Below the pieces are notes generated by a model. That model worked only from the letters and a program-made list of their open reading frames with translations. It did no database searches and was not told the DNA's origin. The translations under genes and the position numbers were made by a program. Positions 27,727 through 41,660 of a DNA stretch of 64,000 nt are shown piece by piece. Every line of letters begins with the position of its first letter. Positions within the stretch are counted from its first letter, which is position 1. The DNA comes from Eledone cirrhosa (taxonomy: Eukaryota): positions 16,926,001-16,990,000 of the forward strand of contig OZ024743.1 of assembly GCA_964016885.1 (NCBI GenBank), written 5' to 3'.

Positions 27727-27995
27727 AACATACATATTCTTCTGTCTCATCGTTTCTACCTCCTTAAGCCATCAAATATATTACTGTAGCAATTACTGAG
27801 CAAATTACTCTGAAATTATGAAAACAAAAATAATATACCTTTTAAATTGTAAACAACCGCCTCAGATGATGAAATCGATTCTCAATCTATTCGTGGAAAC
27901 AATAAATTAATATTTCTGACGATAGTATATTTTCACGTTATAAGTCAAATCATCTACAATATATCAACAACGGAATTAGTTTGAATGTATTATAG

Positions 27996-28188
27996 ATAAT
28001 TGTTTCTACTTTAGGCACAAGGCAAACAATTATCCCAGTGTATTACTAATACTTTACTTTATCGACCCCGTAAGGATGAAAGGCAAAGTTAACCTCGGCG
28101 GGATTTGAACTCAGACCATAAAGGGCCGTAACTCTTTGCTGCAAAACATAGCGTCTGACCCTCTACCGATACTGCCAATACAGCGCCC
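27996..28188 (-). mobile_element. tRNA-derived SINE, same family as 23677-23864
   Basis: Reverse complement of the same head, B-box, core and TGTGCCTAAAGTAGAAACAATTAT tail. Confidence 0.88.
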
Positions 28189-28603
28189 TATATGTAGTAT
28201 AGATAAAAACGTCTGTTATAAGTCGCTTTCCTTTCTATTTTGACAATGATTTCCCTTGCTTGATATATCGTTGGGTGGGGCTTAATTTGATTCTTATGTA
28301 ATTTTTCCTGAATCATTTTTGACAAGTCTTTATATATTTGCATCCAAACGAGAAGACGAAAACAATTGCTTAACATATATATATATATTTTACTTCATCT
28401 GATAAAATAAAAGAAAATACAAAAATATCACTTCATTCGCGTTTCAATAAATATAATTAATGTCTAATTTTACATAGATTTAATTTCCTACACAATATTT
28501 TCATCGTCTCACCGATTCTGATTTTGTTTTCACCATATTTATTTTCTTTAGAAATACGTTCGTATATCATTATATTTCTGGATTCATATTTCTCAATTCC
28601 AAG

Positions 28604-28607
<4 letters not shown>

Positions 28608-28684
<77 letters not shown>

Positions 28685-28690
28685 ATCTCT
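28608..28690. repeat. (CT)n microsatellite
   Basis: Direct reading. Confidence 0.95.
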
Positions 28691-31600
28691 CTATTTATCT
28701 CAACCTCTCTTTATCTCCTTATCTTTCCTCTTTTGATGATTTAGCAAACTTGTCTCACACATACGTAATTCTATCTTATATCATGTCTCTGTAGTTGAGA
28801 TATATTATTTACTTTCATATTTAATTCCTCCTTCGTTCCATCTTTTGCTCTCTCCTTCATTATATATATATTTTTTATTCCTCCGGTTCCTTTAATTTCT
28901 CACTCATATTTTCTCTTCTCAATTTTAGTTATGCTTTCTTTCCTTGTTTTACTTTTCCTGTCCATCCTTTATATTTCGTTCATTGGCATACGATAAAAGA
29001 ATCCTTTCTTTCAATCACAATGCTATTACTTTTCTTTTTTATCATTCACGTGGTAAATAATTTCTTCAGAACAAATTGTTTTTTCCTCGTCAATTTTCTT
29101 CCTTCATTTATTGAGAGACTTGTTCTTTGGTGTATAAAACATTACGGAATCTATGCTTCAAATTAGTTAGATATAGGGAAAGTAAAATAATACTGCTAGA
29201 ATCAATACAAATCTTCCTATTGAAGCGCATTCCTATATGTTACCTTTGCGTTATTGAAGAGTTATACATTGATTAATATATGGGGGTTAAGTTGATTATT
29301 ACTTTTCAAGCTCATTTTTTATTATGAATTGTGTATTACTACAAATACAATGAAAATAATTTGTTGAAATATCAAAGAATGTATGACACTAAAAAGCGTA
29401 GCCTAGAAAAACCCATATAATTGACGCCAGCGAAATATATACATGAATGAATTTTAAATAAATATGAAAATCTTTATATGCAATTTCAAAAACATAGAAG
29501 CCTACATATATGCGTTAATCCGTATGTTAATAGTTTTATAATCTACGCCCAAAGCCAGAACATTTTTTATGGGGGTACTCACCAATTGCAACAACCACAG
29601 GTCATGACTGTCTTCTTTTTTCATATGATGGATGAAACACAAAGCTGACATCGTTGGGTTTTCTTCCTTAAGGAGTATGAAAAGGATGTCCTTAAAATGA
29701 TAACGAAATATATGATAATTTAACATCTACAATTTGGACCATGTAATCAGCGGAGATCATAAAAAAAAACAGCAGCACAAACATAAGAAAACATGTGGTA
29801 ATATAATTCATGTAGCAGTGCTAATTTTGAAAAAGAAAAAAATCTCAAACGTGGAACGTAACGAGAGTGATGAAGGTTCAAACATCGGGTTGACATTTAA
29901 TGAAGGAACATAAGACACATATATACAGTACACGGTTTACTCACTGAAGACGATATCGTAATCAAGAAGGGTTAACCAGTAATTTGATCTTAAAGTATAC
30001 GCATGCGGGGTTTGGCTAGAAACATTCGGCAAATAAGCTGCAACTATTTACTATTACAAGGGAAATCAACTCACTAACAGAGTGAGTGTTGCACAATCAT
30101 ATATGTTTGTAACAATAAATTACTAATCAAGCCTAAAACTAGTGATTCTGAAGGGAAAATCTGGGCTTGGCATGATGATTCACAATGAATGTTTTTTCAA
30201 GCAAATATAAAAGTTCTCAACATGTGTAAATTATTAGGTCATCAAATATGGAAATTGTAGAAATGTTCGTTTTGTTCTAGAAATGTCTACAAATTTCATA
30301 CTTGACGACCCAATATCGCAATATTAAGCTCTTGCTTCAAACAATAAAGTAACAAAGTAAACATTTCCCCCGTGGCAAAAAAAGTGAATTATAGAAGAGG
30401 GAAACCGACCTCTATTAAAGCGTAAAATTCCCCTCACTCTCTCTCTCCACTCATTTGCTAAGAGGAACTATCACTGATAACGTAGTTACTAAAACTGAAT
30501 GAAAAGCACATTTAATAAGTAAAATTATTTATAAAATATAACAAAGAGGGTTGTATGTTGTCATTTAGAAAATGATATAGAAGCGCGAAATACGCTAATG
30601 GCTGTGTGGGAAACGTTTAAGCCGTACATGTACCATTGCGCATGCTACATCTTCTAATTCCAGTGGATGAAATGAGGGAAGCAGATGTGAATTAAGAAAC
30701 AGAATAGAACAACATTAAAAGAAAGAGCAGGCCTCAATATTGTATTTCGGGAAACATTTATGACATCAGAAAAAACGAAAACTAATACCATGAAACAGAT
30801 ACTAAAAATTAATTTGTAAATGGAAGTATTGACGTATGACATGAATGCCACACATCCGCGCACTGCTTCCACATTTCTAGGAATTCAATGTTGCCTTTGT
30901 AACCTTCACACTTCTAAATATTATACAGGCCCAGGGCGGTGAATTAGTGAGTGTTCCAGCGCCTATTTTCTATCGTTCCGGGCCTTTGTGCATAACAGCA
31001 ACGTTTGTGACGAATATAGGGCCAGCATGGGACCGAATCACCATTTTTCCTGGGTAATCTGGCATGGCGATGAATGAATCTGAGTACAAAACTGGATACC
31101 GATGGGAAACAGCTGGTCATCCAACAACAAACGACAACTTCACTAGGTTTGCGTCTTAAAGAAAATCTCAGACTGAAATTGTTTCACACATAAGATAGTG
31201 AGAGGTTTAGAAATATGAGTTTGGGAATATATTTTCATAAACTCTGCTTCTGTTTTCTCTGTCAAATTGAAACTGAACTTGTCTATAGTCAAATTTACAC
31301 AAACGGAATCATAACTGTATTCTACAAAAATATCACACAACTATACACATAAACTATTTGTAGTTATGTTAAAGTACCAATATACTAGATTATAAGAATT
31401 AACGCAGATATAAATTGCTAATAATGCCTCAACGATAACATACGTTTTCCACAATTGATCTATCAATTCTACCAGGCATGAGTATATTTTTACAGACACG
31501 AATAATAAATTCGAGGCAGAGAAATTAATAATCATTGATAATATAAAACTCCATATAATATAAGGAAATGTGAAGAATTACGAAATTTGCAGTCTAATAT

Positions 31601-33047
31601 ATAAACACTACACAGAACATACGAAAGTGCACAGAATATTGCTACAAGTTACTACAGAAAACATGTGTGACAGTGTTTTGCTGCAATCAGTCTCTGTCCC
31701 CAATCCGTCTCTGTCCCCATACTAATATCAGATATATTTGGCTAAGCAGAGTATTTGATAATCTATTAAAAACAAGAATACTTCTTTGACTTATATAACT
31801 AGCGCGCTTTATAATAAACATTAATAACCATAAAATCAATCTAAATTTCAATAGTTGTTATGCTTCCATCACTATGTTTACGGTTAATATATTTACATTT
31901 TTACAATTGAATGAACATGTTCTACAAATTAAAATTAGGATCTTTCTATTGAGATTGTGGTTATCTGAAATGGAACCACTTTATAAATGCACCAAGCCTT
32001 CCAGATGTGTTGTTTATTCGGTTAATGTGAATGTAGAGTTATTTAATTCAATAAACCTTCTGATTCGAGGAGTGTAAGATGTTATTTGGGATATTGTTTA
32101 CCTCTTTCTTGCTGGTTAAATATTCATAGAGATACCCCGTCGTAGGTTATTTCCAAATCAACAGTATCAGAAGAATAGCATTCGGTTAAGTGAATATTGA
32201 AAGTAACGTACATTATCCTAAATGTATTGTGTGATGTGTTTACTCACAAAATTATCTCCAGCTACCAGATAAATCCGTGTGGTACAGCAATATCTCATTA
32301 TCGAGCAAACTTGTAAGTATGTTTTCGTGACCACTGCATATTTAATACTTTAGTGAATATCCCATCGGAAGATAGGATATGTAGACTAGAAAAGAAAGAT
32401 TCGATTTTCCTGCGGCAATATAAACATTAACGTGATTTACAGATATCGTTAAACATGATTTTATAATCTGGATTTCATTTTGGAAGGTACAAAATGGTCT
32501 AATGATTCACTAGTATTATTCTGGAATATATATGATGTCTGAGTACTTTTCATTAATCCCTGATATGTTGAGTTTCATTCCGTCTATCCATTAAAATAGT
32601 TACGCCCAGATTGGCCATGCTTGAAGATTGCTATAATTAAGAACAACCAGATTCTTTCAAAGGACAATTATTTTTAGGGAAGGCTTTACTTGTGTGTTGT
32701 TATAATGTACTGCCATTTAATGTGTTATTGCACAACTGTCTGATTAAATTAATTAACGTTAGCTTCCGATTCAGGTTTACACTTTCCAGGGATGGTAAAT
32801 TCCAGAATCGAACGCTTCACAAAATATCAACCGCTATAGACATATCAATTATTCCCTTATCGTAAATATGTTATTTGTCACAAATTGAAGACATATAGCA
32901 GTTCACCACAACATTCGCTAGCATATTGAGACACTTCTGAATAGGTAGCATAATGGTTTTATGAATTTCACTTTAATCGAAATTCAGCAAATTTTAATCT
33001 CCAGTAAATTTGTTGTTAATCACACCTAGAGCTTATCCGCAAGTAGG

Positions 33048-33130
<83 letters not shown>

Positions 33131-33408
33131 GGTAAAAGGAAAAGAAAATGCTGACAAATTGTTCCCATTGAAAAATAGTTTAATTAGGAATATTGGTCGG
33201 TAGAGGTCATGTGAATGTTAAACATTGATTTTGCGCCAAATGTAGGTTTGTCTTGGCTGATTGAGATGTCACTGAAAAATAAGTCTTTCAAGACAAATAT
33301 GTGTGTGTGTGTGTGTAGTAGTAGTAAAGAGGTTCGTTGTTGTGATAATGGTCAGCAGTGATGTGTGTGCGAACCGCAGCATGTTGACAGTTCAAATGCC
33401 TATTAAGA

Positions 33409-33411
<3 letters not shown>

Positions 33412-33449
<38 letters not shown>

Positions 33450-33478
33450 CTCTTTATATGTTAATGTATGCGTGTGTA

Positions 33479-33524
<46 letters not shown>

Positions 33525-33564
33525 TGTGTGTGGGTGTGGGTGTATGTGTGTGTGTGTGTGTGTA

Positions 33565-33627
<63 letters not shown>

Positions 33628-33662
33628 ATGTGTGTGTGTGTGTGTGGGTGTGTGTGTGTGTA

Positions 33663-33745
<83 letters not shown>

Positions 33746-33808
33746 ATGTGTGTATATGTGTGTGTGTGTGTGTATGTGTGTGTGTATGTGTGTGTGTGTG
33801 TGTGGGTG

Positions 33809-33839
<31 letters not shown>

Positions 33840-33880
33840 TGTGTGAATGTGTGTGTGTGAATGTGTGTGTGTGTGTGTGT
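33412..33880. repeat. Long imperfect (TG)n microsatellite
   Basis: Direct reading. Confidence 0.95.
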
Positions 33881-34331
33881 GGGTGGACCAGTATGTTTGT
33901 GATACTGGTAAAAATGGTGTACATTATTCGATATTTTCAGTAAAAACGATTCTCTCAATAGAACATCAAAAACCTTAATAATAAAAGGTGTGAAATGAAA
34001 TATAGTATTGAAATAATACCAAGGTGTGTATGAGTATCCAGATTGTACGTACTGCAAGGGGAATTCATTAGGCCTTGCGCTATTGGAATAGTTGTGTACA
34101 AATATGTATGTGCCCATCAGTGTGCAATGCATGTGTGCGTATATGTATGTGTGTGTGTCGGCACGTTTATATCTATAGACATCAAAATGTATGCAAATTT
34201 GTGTATATTTGTGTTGCACCATATAACATGTGTGTTACTTATGTCATTGAGTTTATATGTGGATAGAGATGTATGTAGGATGTATGTTGATGTAGGCATG
34301 TATGTTGACGTGTGTATATTGTGGGTTCGTC

Positions 34332-36082
34332 TTAGGGAGAAGTGTTTAGACGGGGTCCGTATTTGTTAATAAAGTGAGATTCCTTGCTGATGCGCTGGGT
34401 GTCGGTAGCATACTCTTTACATTTGTACAGGGGAAAGATTCTGAAGTGGGGATGATTTTGGGCGGCACAGTTATCAATGTGTTCACTTAGTGGTATTTTC
34501 CTGTATTCCGGTATTTTAATTTGGGATCTATGGACAGTTATGCGTTGGCGGAGGCTGCTTGTTGGTCTGGTCTATGTATTGTTCTCGACAACCTGAGCAA
34601 GTTAATAGATATATTACATTTTCTGTGCGCATGTGAAATTGTGTTTTACTATAGAACGGTGTCCTTCTTTGAAATATAATTCCGAACCCTCTATTAGGTT
34701 GATGCATATGCACAGTTGGGTCTATCGCATTTTTTTACTGTGGGTTTCGTTGTTGTGATTGGCAGTACTTTGGCATGTGTTAGGATGTTTTTCATTGACT
34801 TAGATTGTCTTTGGCTCTTTAAGATATCGTGTGTTCCTAGGATCTGGTTCATTCTATGGTCCTTTTTCAACACAGGGATGTTCTGGAAGATGGTGTCAAA
34901 GGCCTCATTGTTGAGGAGGTTGTGTGTGGAGATGTATGGAAGAGCTTTTAGTTTCGGTTGATTTACTTTAGGGTGTCTAAGGTCCTGGGTACTGAGTTTT
35001 AGGGCACGTTGGATTCCATTGTCAATTAGTGATGCAGGGTAGTCCCTGCCTATGAGTGTGTCCTTTAGTCCTTGTAGCCGTAAGTAGCATGTGTTTTTAT
35101 TGGAGACTATATTACAGATCCTCTTAGCTAAGTTGTAGGGAATATTAGTTTTAACGTGTCTAGTGACAAGAGTTGAAAGGAAGATATTGCTTGGAGTATG
35201 TGTGCTTGACTGTTTCTATTTTTTTGTTATGTGTCTTAATGTGGATGTCGAGGAAGGGGAGTTGTTGATGGCTGTATTCCATCGTGTAGTTAATATTCGT
35301 GTTGAGACCATTTATAAGGGTGTGAAATTCTTTAAGTTTCTCGATGTTTTCGTGCCAAAGGATGAAGCAGTGATCTAGATATCGCTTCCAGTTCCTTTCT
35401 ATGTGTAAGTGGAGAGTGTTTCCAAATGTGTTTAGTACTTTAGCGTAAAGGGTGATTTCCAGGTATCCCATTACTAGGTTGGCATAAGTGGGGGTTGTTT
35501 TCGTTCCCATAGCGGTCGAAGATTTCTGCCTGTAGGATTTGTTATTGAAAACGAAGTAATTGTTCTCCAAGATAAATTTGAGTCCTTCTATTACGAATTC
35601 TTTTTTGATGCGTTGTGGGAGTTCATTGTGGTAATTGTCCAGCAATAATTGGATAGCTTCTATTCTTAGGTTGTGGGGGATGTTGGAGTATAGGTTGACT
35701 ACTTCGAACGTCACTAGTAGGGTTTGTTCAGAAAGGGGCATATTAGGGAGGTGATTGAGCATATCTAGGTCGTCCCTTATATAGCTTTTGATGTGTTTGA
35801 GAAAAGTATCAATGAAGTTGCTAAGGCGGTGAGTTTCTCAAGCGGGGCCTGCTATCATAGGTCTTAACTTGAGATCATTGGGTGAGGGGACATTGATGAC
35901 TATGTCTGTGGATTCCTTGCATGCCTTACGTATTAATTCACTTTTATGTACTTTAGGGATACCGTAGAAAAGGCTGGATTTACTTGTGAAGTCTGTGTTG
36001 AAGCTGAATTCCTTGTTAGCCTTCTCAAGCCTTTTCACAAACACATCAAAAGCTATATAAGGGACGACCTAGATATGTTCAA
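34332..36082 (-). mobile_element. 5'-truncated Penelope-like element (probably Neptune-type), decayed RT plus GIY-YIG
   Basis: FYGIPKVHK, LRPMIAGP, NLYSNIPH, TAMGTK, WKRYLD, LPFLD, YLPFNSCH and NVIYLLTCSGCREQYI.QT, ending KESHFINKYGPRLN; short inverted duplication at 36030-36082. Confidence 0.87.
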
Positions 36083-36700
36083 TATAGTAGCTTGCGATGT
36101 CCAGTTGTATAAAGCTGGTCCTACTTTTCTCATGCAGTATCTTAAACCATTCTATTACTTCTCCCGTTCATGACCATTGCTGTAATTTAGTTTTCTTCCG
36201 AAGCTTGGGCAAAATCCTATCCAGTATTCTTTTACTGACGATCCCTAGGTCAGATCTGGAGGGCGCTATTAGTCTGACAGGGAGGTCGGACTCAAAGTTT
36301 GGCTTGTGCTCTTTAAGGGTAATCCGCGGCTCCCTTGGTTGGTATGGGGCCGTCCTGTCCTCTATGCCGATTCTTGATATAATCCTGTAAGCTGTGGCAT
36401 TCATCTCATCCAGGGTAAATCCAGGTGTTTTTTTGTAGCACTTCCTCAGTTCCCTTAGGATTAGCTTATTGTACAGTTCAGTGTTCATGTTGTAGAGGTT
36501 GTTTGTTTTCTCTGCATGGACAAGTATTCCAAGTACTGTAATCCGGTTTCTCAGGTACTGTCTGAGGTACTCCTGACTTCTGGTTGGGTTTCCGGAGAAT
36601 TTTAGGTTGGATATGATGTTAATCATCTCGTTTTCTAACTCCTCCATTAGTCTGTTGTGGGGGGGGGGGTTCCTCCTTGATCGAAAAAGGTACTCCATGT
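36083..36700 (-). mobile_element. Second PLE fragment (Naiad-type N-terminal RT)
   Basis: EKTNNLYNM, ITLKEHKPNF, RLIAPSRSDLG and QQWS*TGEVIEWF..FIQLDIASYY. Confidence 0.8.
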
Positions 36701-36948
36701 TTTGTGTGTTGGTAATTTTCTATGCACCACCTAAGAGAACATTAGTCTACGACCTCTTTTATACCATAAACGTGGTTTTGTCTTTGCGCGTAATTGTTTT
36801 TCACCGCTCCTATTAATGACGTATTATTCGTTTTTTCCCGTTCTTTGCAGCGAACGTTACCACGAACCAAAGTATCGTCTTCCTGTCTTCCTCCGGTTGC
36901 AACGTTTTTTGAAATATCCAGCTCTGCGTTTACAGATTGACTTTGTTA

Positions 36949-36997
36949 GTTTCAGAAGATCCCGTTAAGGGTGAAAGCAGCGATTCTTTGCTTAAAC
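36949..36997 (+). ncRNA. Hammerhead-like motif (U4A core)
   Basis: GTTT-CAGAAGA-tCCC(gttaa)GGGt-GAAAGCA(gcgattctt)TGCT-T-AAAC, with outer CAGATTGA/TTAATCTG pairing. Confidence 0.45.
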
Positions 36998-37021
36998 ATT
37001 AATCTGTTATTTTAATAAATA

Positions 37022-37061
<40 letters not shown>

Positions 37062-37066
<5 letters not shown>

Positions 37067-37130
37067 TATGTATACGTACATACATATATGTATACAGACA
37101 TACAGTAATATGTATATATATACATACATG

Positions 37131-37171
<41 letters not shown>

Positions 37172-37801
37172 GTATGGATTCACCGAACATTTATTATAAT
37201 GCTCCTCGGTGTGTTTGTAAACAAACATCCCGAATTAAGCCGTACAGTGTCTAGCAATCATCGTTGCCCATTTGTTCAACACTGACAAAGGAACGCTGTA
37301 CTAATTTCAAGCCTATTAGCTATCGTCAGCAACGTATACCTTCCTGCCAGATGGTTGAACGTCTGAAAGTATATACTTTCCTTGTGCATATTAACGGCTG
37401 AGTAGCCTAATTTGCATATCGAGCGAGTTAATCGACCGGGGTACCGAAAACGATAAACGGAAAAAATGAAACCAAATTTCATTTCTCACTCTTAGTACGG
37501 CTGTTACTTAAATATAAGTATGTATATGTACATACATATATGTATACAGACATACAGTAGTATGTATATATATACATCCATGCACACATATATATATATA
37601 TATGTGTACGTATGGATTCACCGAACATTTATTATAATGCTCGGTGTGTTTGTAAACAAACATCCCGAATTAAGCCGTACAGTGTCTAGCAACCATCGTT
37701 GCTCATTTGTTCAACACTGACCAAGGAACGCTGTACTAGTTTCAAGCTATCGTCAGCAACGTATACCTTCCTGCCAGATGGTTGGACGTCTGAAAGTATA
37801 T
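37062..37801 (-). repeat. ~450-bp-period direct repeat (1.6 copies) carrying hammerheads; pLTR or retrozyme-like
   Basis: 37062-37374 is repeated at 37516-37801. Confidence 0.85.
37293..37335 (-). ncRNA. Minimal type I hammerhead; second copy at 37728-37762 lacks most of helix II
   Basis: Minus strand ACGTTG-CTGACGA-tAGCT(aata)GGCTt-GAAA-TTAG-TA-CAGCGT. Confidence 0.75.
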
Positions 37802-38212
37802 TTGTTTTCTTATATTTGTTTTTTTTTCTCTGACATCGCTTCGGTGTGTGTGAGAGTGTGTATGTACCCACCCACACTAACTGTGACCTATAATTCTACA
37901 GGTTTGATACTGTGTTGATGTGTGTATATATATGTATACATTTTTTTCTTTGACCTCGTGCCAGGGTATGTGGGTGTGGAGTGTGTGTGTACCCATTCAC
38001 ATTAACTGTGACCGACTATATCCCTACAGATTTGATTGATGTCCAGCGTCTTTTGCAGCGATAGAAATCTGACAACTTTTAAGACCTCAAACCGAAGTTA
38101 ATAGCAGCTCGCCGTGTCTCTGACTGGTGTGTCTTCATATGAGGAAATGAATTCTGTGAGAGAACATCGTTATTTTCCTCCCTTATATCAAGAATTTGAA
38201 GACAATACATTT

Positions 38213-38286
38213 TAACCTGATGAAATCAGTGATAATCGAATCTGGCTTCACAATCGATCCATCCCTTATTGAAACATGTGTCGTTA
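38213..38286 (+). ncRNA. Type I hammerhead ribozyme
   Basis: TAAC-CTGATGA-AATcAGtGAT...ATCCCTTATT-GAAAC-ATGT-GTC-GTTA; canonical GUC site. Confidence 0.7.
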
Positions 38287-40002
38287 TTAATTGATTGTAA
38301 TTTTACCCTGCCTTCGGATTTTCATTATGATATATATATATATATATATCTTTCCTGTTTATATCCTGCCTTCGCTCATTGCAATGAGTGGGAGATTTTG
38401 AAATGTTCCAAGCAGTGATGTATCCTGTAATTACTACATTTGTACTGCATCCCGTCCTTGGGTCATATATTTACATAATGTCCTTACTGCTTTATACATT
38501 ATTTTTATTGCCACCACCTTTTTCAGTGAGTAGAAATGCTTAATAAAATGTGTAGTACAGTGATAACCTATGAAGCAAGAAATGTTAAGCACCGGAGCAG
38601 TCACCAACATGACTAAGGCTATAAGCACTATTCATTTTTATATAACATTCAATCTTAAATACACAGTTCACGCATGTTTCTATGTATCATACACATATGG
38701 CACAGTGTTATTCATTTTGCGGCGTAAAGTATTTACATTGCTATAGAGATGTATCTATGGTTTCTACTAGGATCAGTGGCCAGAATAGATCTCATTGGTT
38801 GCTACTATTATAATTATTTTACATATTTGTAAAATGCATTAAATAGTATCAGTAATGCTTTCATTCAAAGTTTAAACACTAATAATTGAGTGTTATAATG
38901 TTTGATGCAACGATAAATTTGAAAGTTTTACAAGCTTTGCCTATACCATAATCATCTTTTTTGCAATAATGTATCATACCATATTTACAAATTGAACCTT
39001 CCGCATTCAGGAAGATACGGTTGAGTTTGGAAATATGTTAATGTTATTTCCAGCGTGTACGCATTTGACGTACAGCCTCGCCTATAGGTTGGCTCTTCCG
39101 GACGTGCTACCTTGAGTACACACCCAGTTGATATAATCGACTATATCTAATCAATAATTCATGGTGTTGAAACAATTTTAGAACTGAATATCGATACACA
39201 ATTTATAAGTGCCAGGCAAACAAACAGCGCAAATATGAACGGTTTTCCATTAATATTATCCTTCATTTTTTAAATATTTGTACTACTAAACACTATGACA
39301 TTTAATATTTATTTGCGGGAAAAGGCAAATATATACTCAATTCTTTACAGTGTTATAATGCCATCATTCAAATTATTCTAACGAACATCTTTGAATATAA
39401 ATTGAATTAGTAGTAACGTTGTGCGATATTTGGTTACCGTTTAAAGGCGCAACTAATGCTATATAGCCTCGTGTTTCAAATGCCTGTTGGAAACTCATGC
39501 ATATAAAGGAATTTTATCTCCTTTCATCACAGCGATATTTTCAAATGTACATAATAATTGATATTGCTTAGGGATACTTCTACGTATGGCTTACACAACT
39601 AAACAGGGTAACTCAATAATATAATGTGCAGATATTCCTACAGTAAACGTAAAAACACTTCGTGATTACAGTCCGATATGGGAAAATAAGTAATCATTTT
39701 CAGTTGATATATTTAATCTTTCGTGCCTAATATCTATCCAGTCTCGACAGCAAATATCAGTGCAACAAACCATAATATACACTAAATATGAATAGAAAAC
39801 AGAGAAATGTGTCCCATTATAGTCTGTACAATGGTAATATTCAAACAATCACAGTAGATTACTGAAAATTAAAAGCTTCACGGGAGTCGTAACATATTGT
39901 AGCCAAAACATTTAAAATGTTACTACCCCACTCGAAGATATATTATATACTAACATAGTTAGAACATAGTAGGAATGTATATACAAAGTTAGTAGTTTAG
40001 TC

Positions 40003-40461
40003 AGTTAGTCCCAGGGTTACTTACTCCAATAAGTACCACCGGACCCCAATCACTAAATTTAATAAAAATAAGAGATAGGAGAATGTTCATACAATTTCAT
40101 TTCGTGTGAGAATTACTCTCTTGCTCACTTACTCTTTTGGCGGCACCTCTCAAACTGGTCACATCGAGAGCAAGCATGCTAACCTTTTTTCAACCATATC
40201 TTATAATTCAGGATTATACCTTGTCATGCCACGAGGCACATTTGTTAACCACATTTGTATTCACGGACTACAATAAACGTAAGTCATTTTGATACTCGTT
40301 TTGAGAAACTTATTATGCTACAGTTATTACTTCAAATGTAGTGAGAGATAATTCTCACACGAAATGAAATTGTATGAACATTCTCCTATCTCTTATTTCT
40401 ATTAAAGTTAGTTATTGGGATCCGGTGGCACTTACTGGAGTATGTAACCCTGGGACTAACT
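40003..40461. mobile_element. MITE/fold-back-like element with ~118-bp inverted ends
   Basis: AGTTAGTCCCAGGGTTAC...GTGAGAATTA (40003-40120) mirrored at 40342-40461; no clear TSD. Confidence 0.55.
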
Positions 40462-41416
40462 CACAAAAGTAGCATCCCGCATGCATTCATTCGATATATT
40501 ATTGGCACCAGAAGGAACTGTATTAACATCAGCGCATTTTCCTGGATTGTGGGCAAAACCTGCGGGTTAGAGTATATAGGAAAATACGTTGATGGAATAG
40601 GCAATATGACGCTTCAGTAATTGTTGTAAACATACTGTATTTAAACAGAACTAGGTATATGCCAGATTTTAAGGTAATGTTTATTGTCACTTTTTGGGGT
40701 ATTGTGGGGATTTATACAACACCGGCTAACGTTCTGATTTCTTATCCTCAAATAGTCACATTTTCTAACTCAGTAACTTTAGAATAAACCGACATTGATA
40801 GCATAGATTTAGTGAATATGTTGTATTGCCAAAAAATATGTGGGATTTCAGGAAATTGAAAAATGCTATTTTTACTGAAATATAATTCTTAATATTCGAT
40901 ACAATCGAAATTTCCCTTGGTTTATTATATGTTCGTTAAAAGGAGCTTCGTATCCGAATTGTAACTGGAGGATTTATATGAAATATGAAGAATATATTCA
41001 CATCACCATTTTGTATATAGTTAATTGTAAGAAATATTTTTTACAGATACAATTTGTGAGAAACTACGGAGCACAAAATATTAAAAAAAGCCATAAAAAA
41101 ATTAATATACACGCTGTAAATTATATTTCAGCAATTATGCAGTAATTTCAGGTGAAAATTATCATTACAAACAAGAAAAAAAATGAAAATATAAAGGAAC
41201 AAATATCATGGCACATCTCGTTATTGAATGTTTCCCATTTCTTACGTTTTTTTAAACGCTAAAATATTTAAATATGGTTTTCACTTGTGAAATGTTATAA
41301 TGACTCAGCTAATTAGATTGTTCTGCTAACACTTCTTGACACAATTGATTAAATACGTGGGTTAAATGTTGGTTTGTAATCATATTGTACTTCTATTTTT
41401 TTAAATAAATTATTAA

Positions 41417-41417
<1 letters not shown>

Positions 41418-41447
<30 letters not shown>
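41418..41447. repeat. (ATT)10 target tract, 5' flank of the LINE array
   Basis: Direct reading; further tracts (ATT)9 at 47476-47502, (ATT)14 at 53533-53574 and (ATT)18(GTT)5 at 59597-59665. Confidence 0.95.
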
Positions 41448-41660
41448 GAATGCCATGGTTGACGGAGGCTCGGCTCTGTAAGGTATAGTAATTTTTAACC
41501 GTTAAAACAATTGTAAATTGTTTAAAACTTGAACCAAATTGTTGATAAAGACACCCTCCTCCTCGTGAGAGGGGTCTTTCTGTCCGTTATTTGGCCCTTC
41601 GGGGTTAAATAACTAGTTATTGGGGTTTTGTACCCAAAATTTCATTTTAAACAAAAAAAC

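Noticed and set aside
30920-31130. GC-richer patch with AG..GT bounds and a GAAACAGCTG motif (exon or HHR)
   Set aside because: Short open frame without recognisable homology; the HHR core and helices do not fit.
36168-36170. In-frame TGA in a Naiad-type PLE as possible selenocysteine
   Set aside because: It aligns to the Asn of QW.NT in the other PLE copies here, not to a Cys; more likely ordinary decay.
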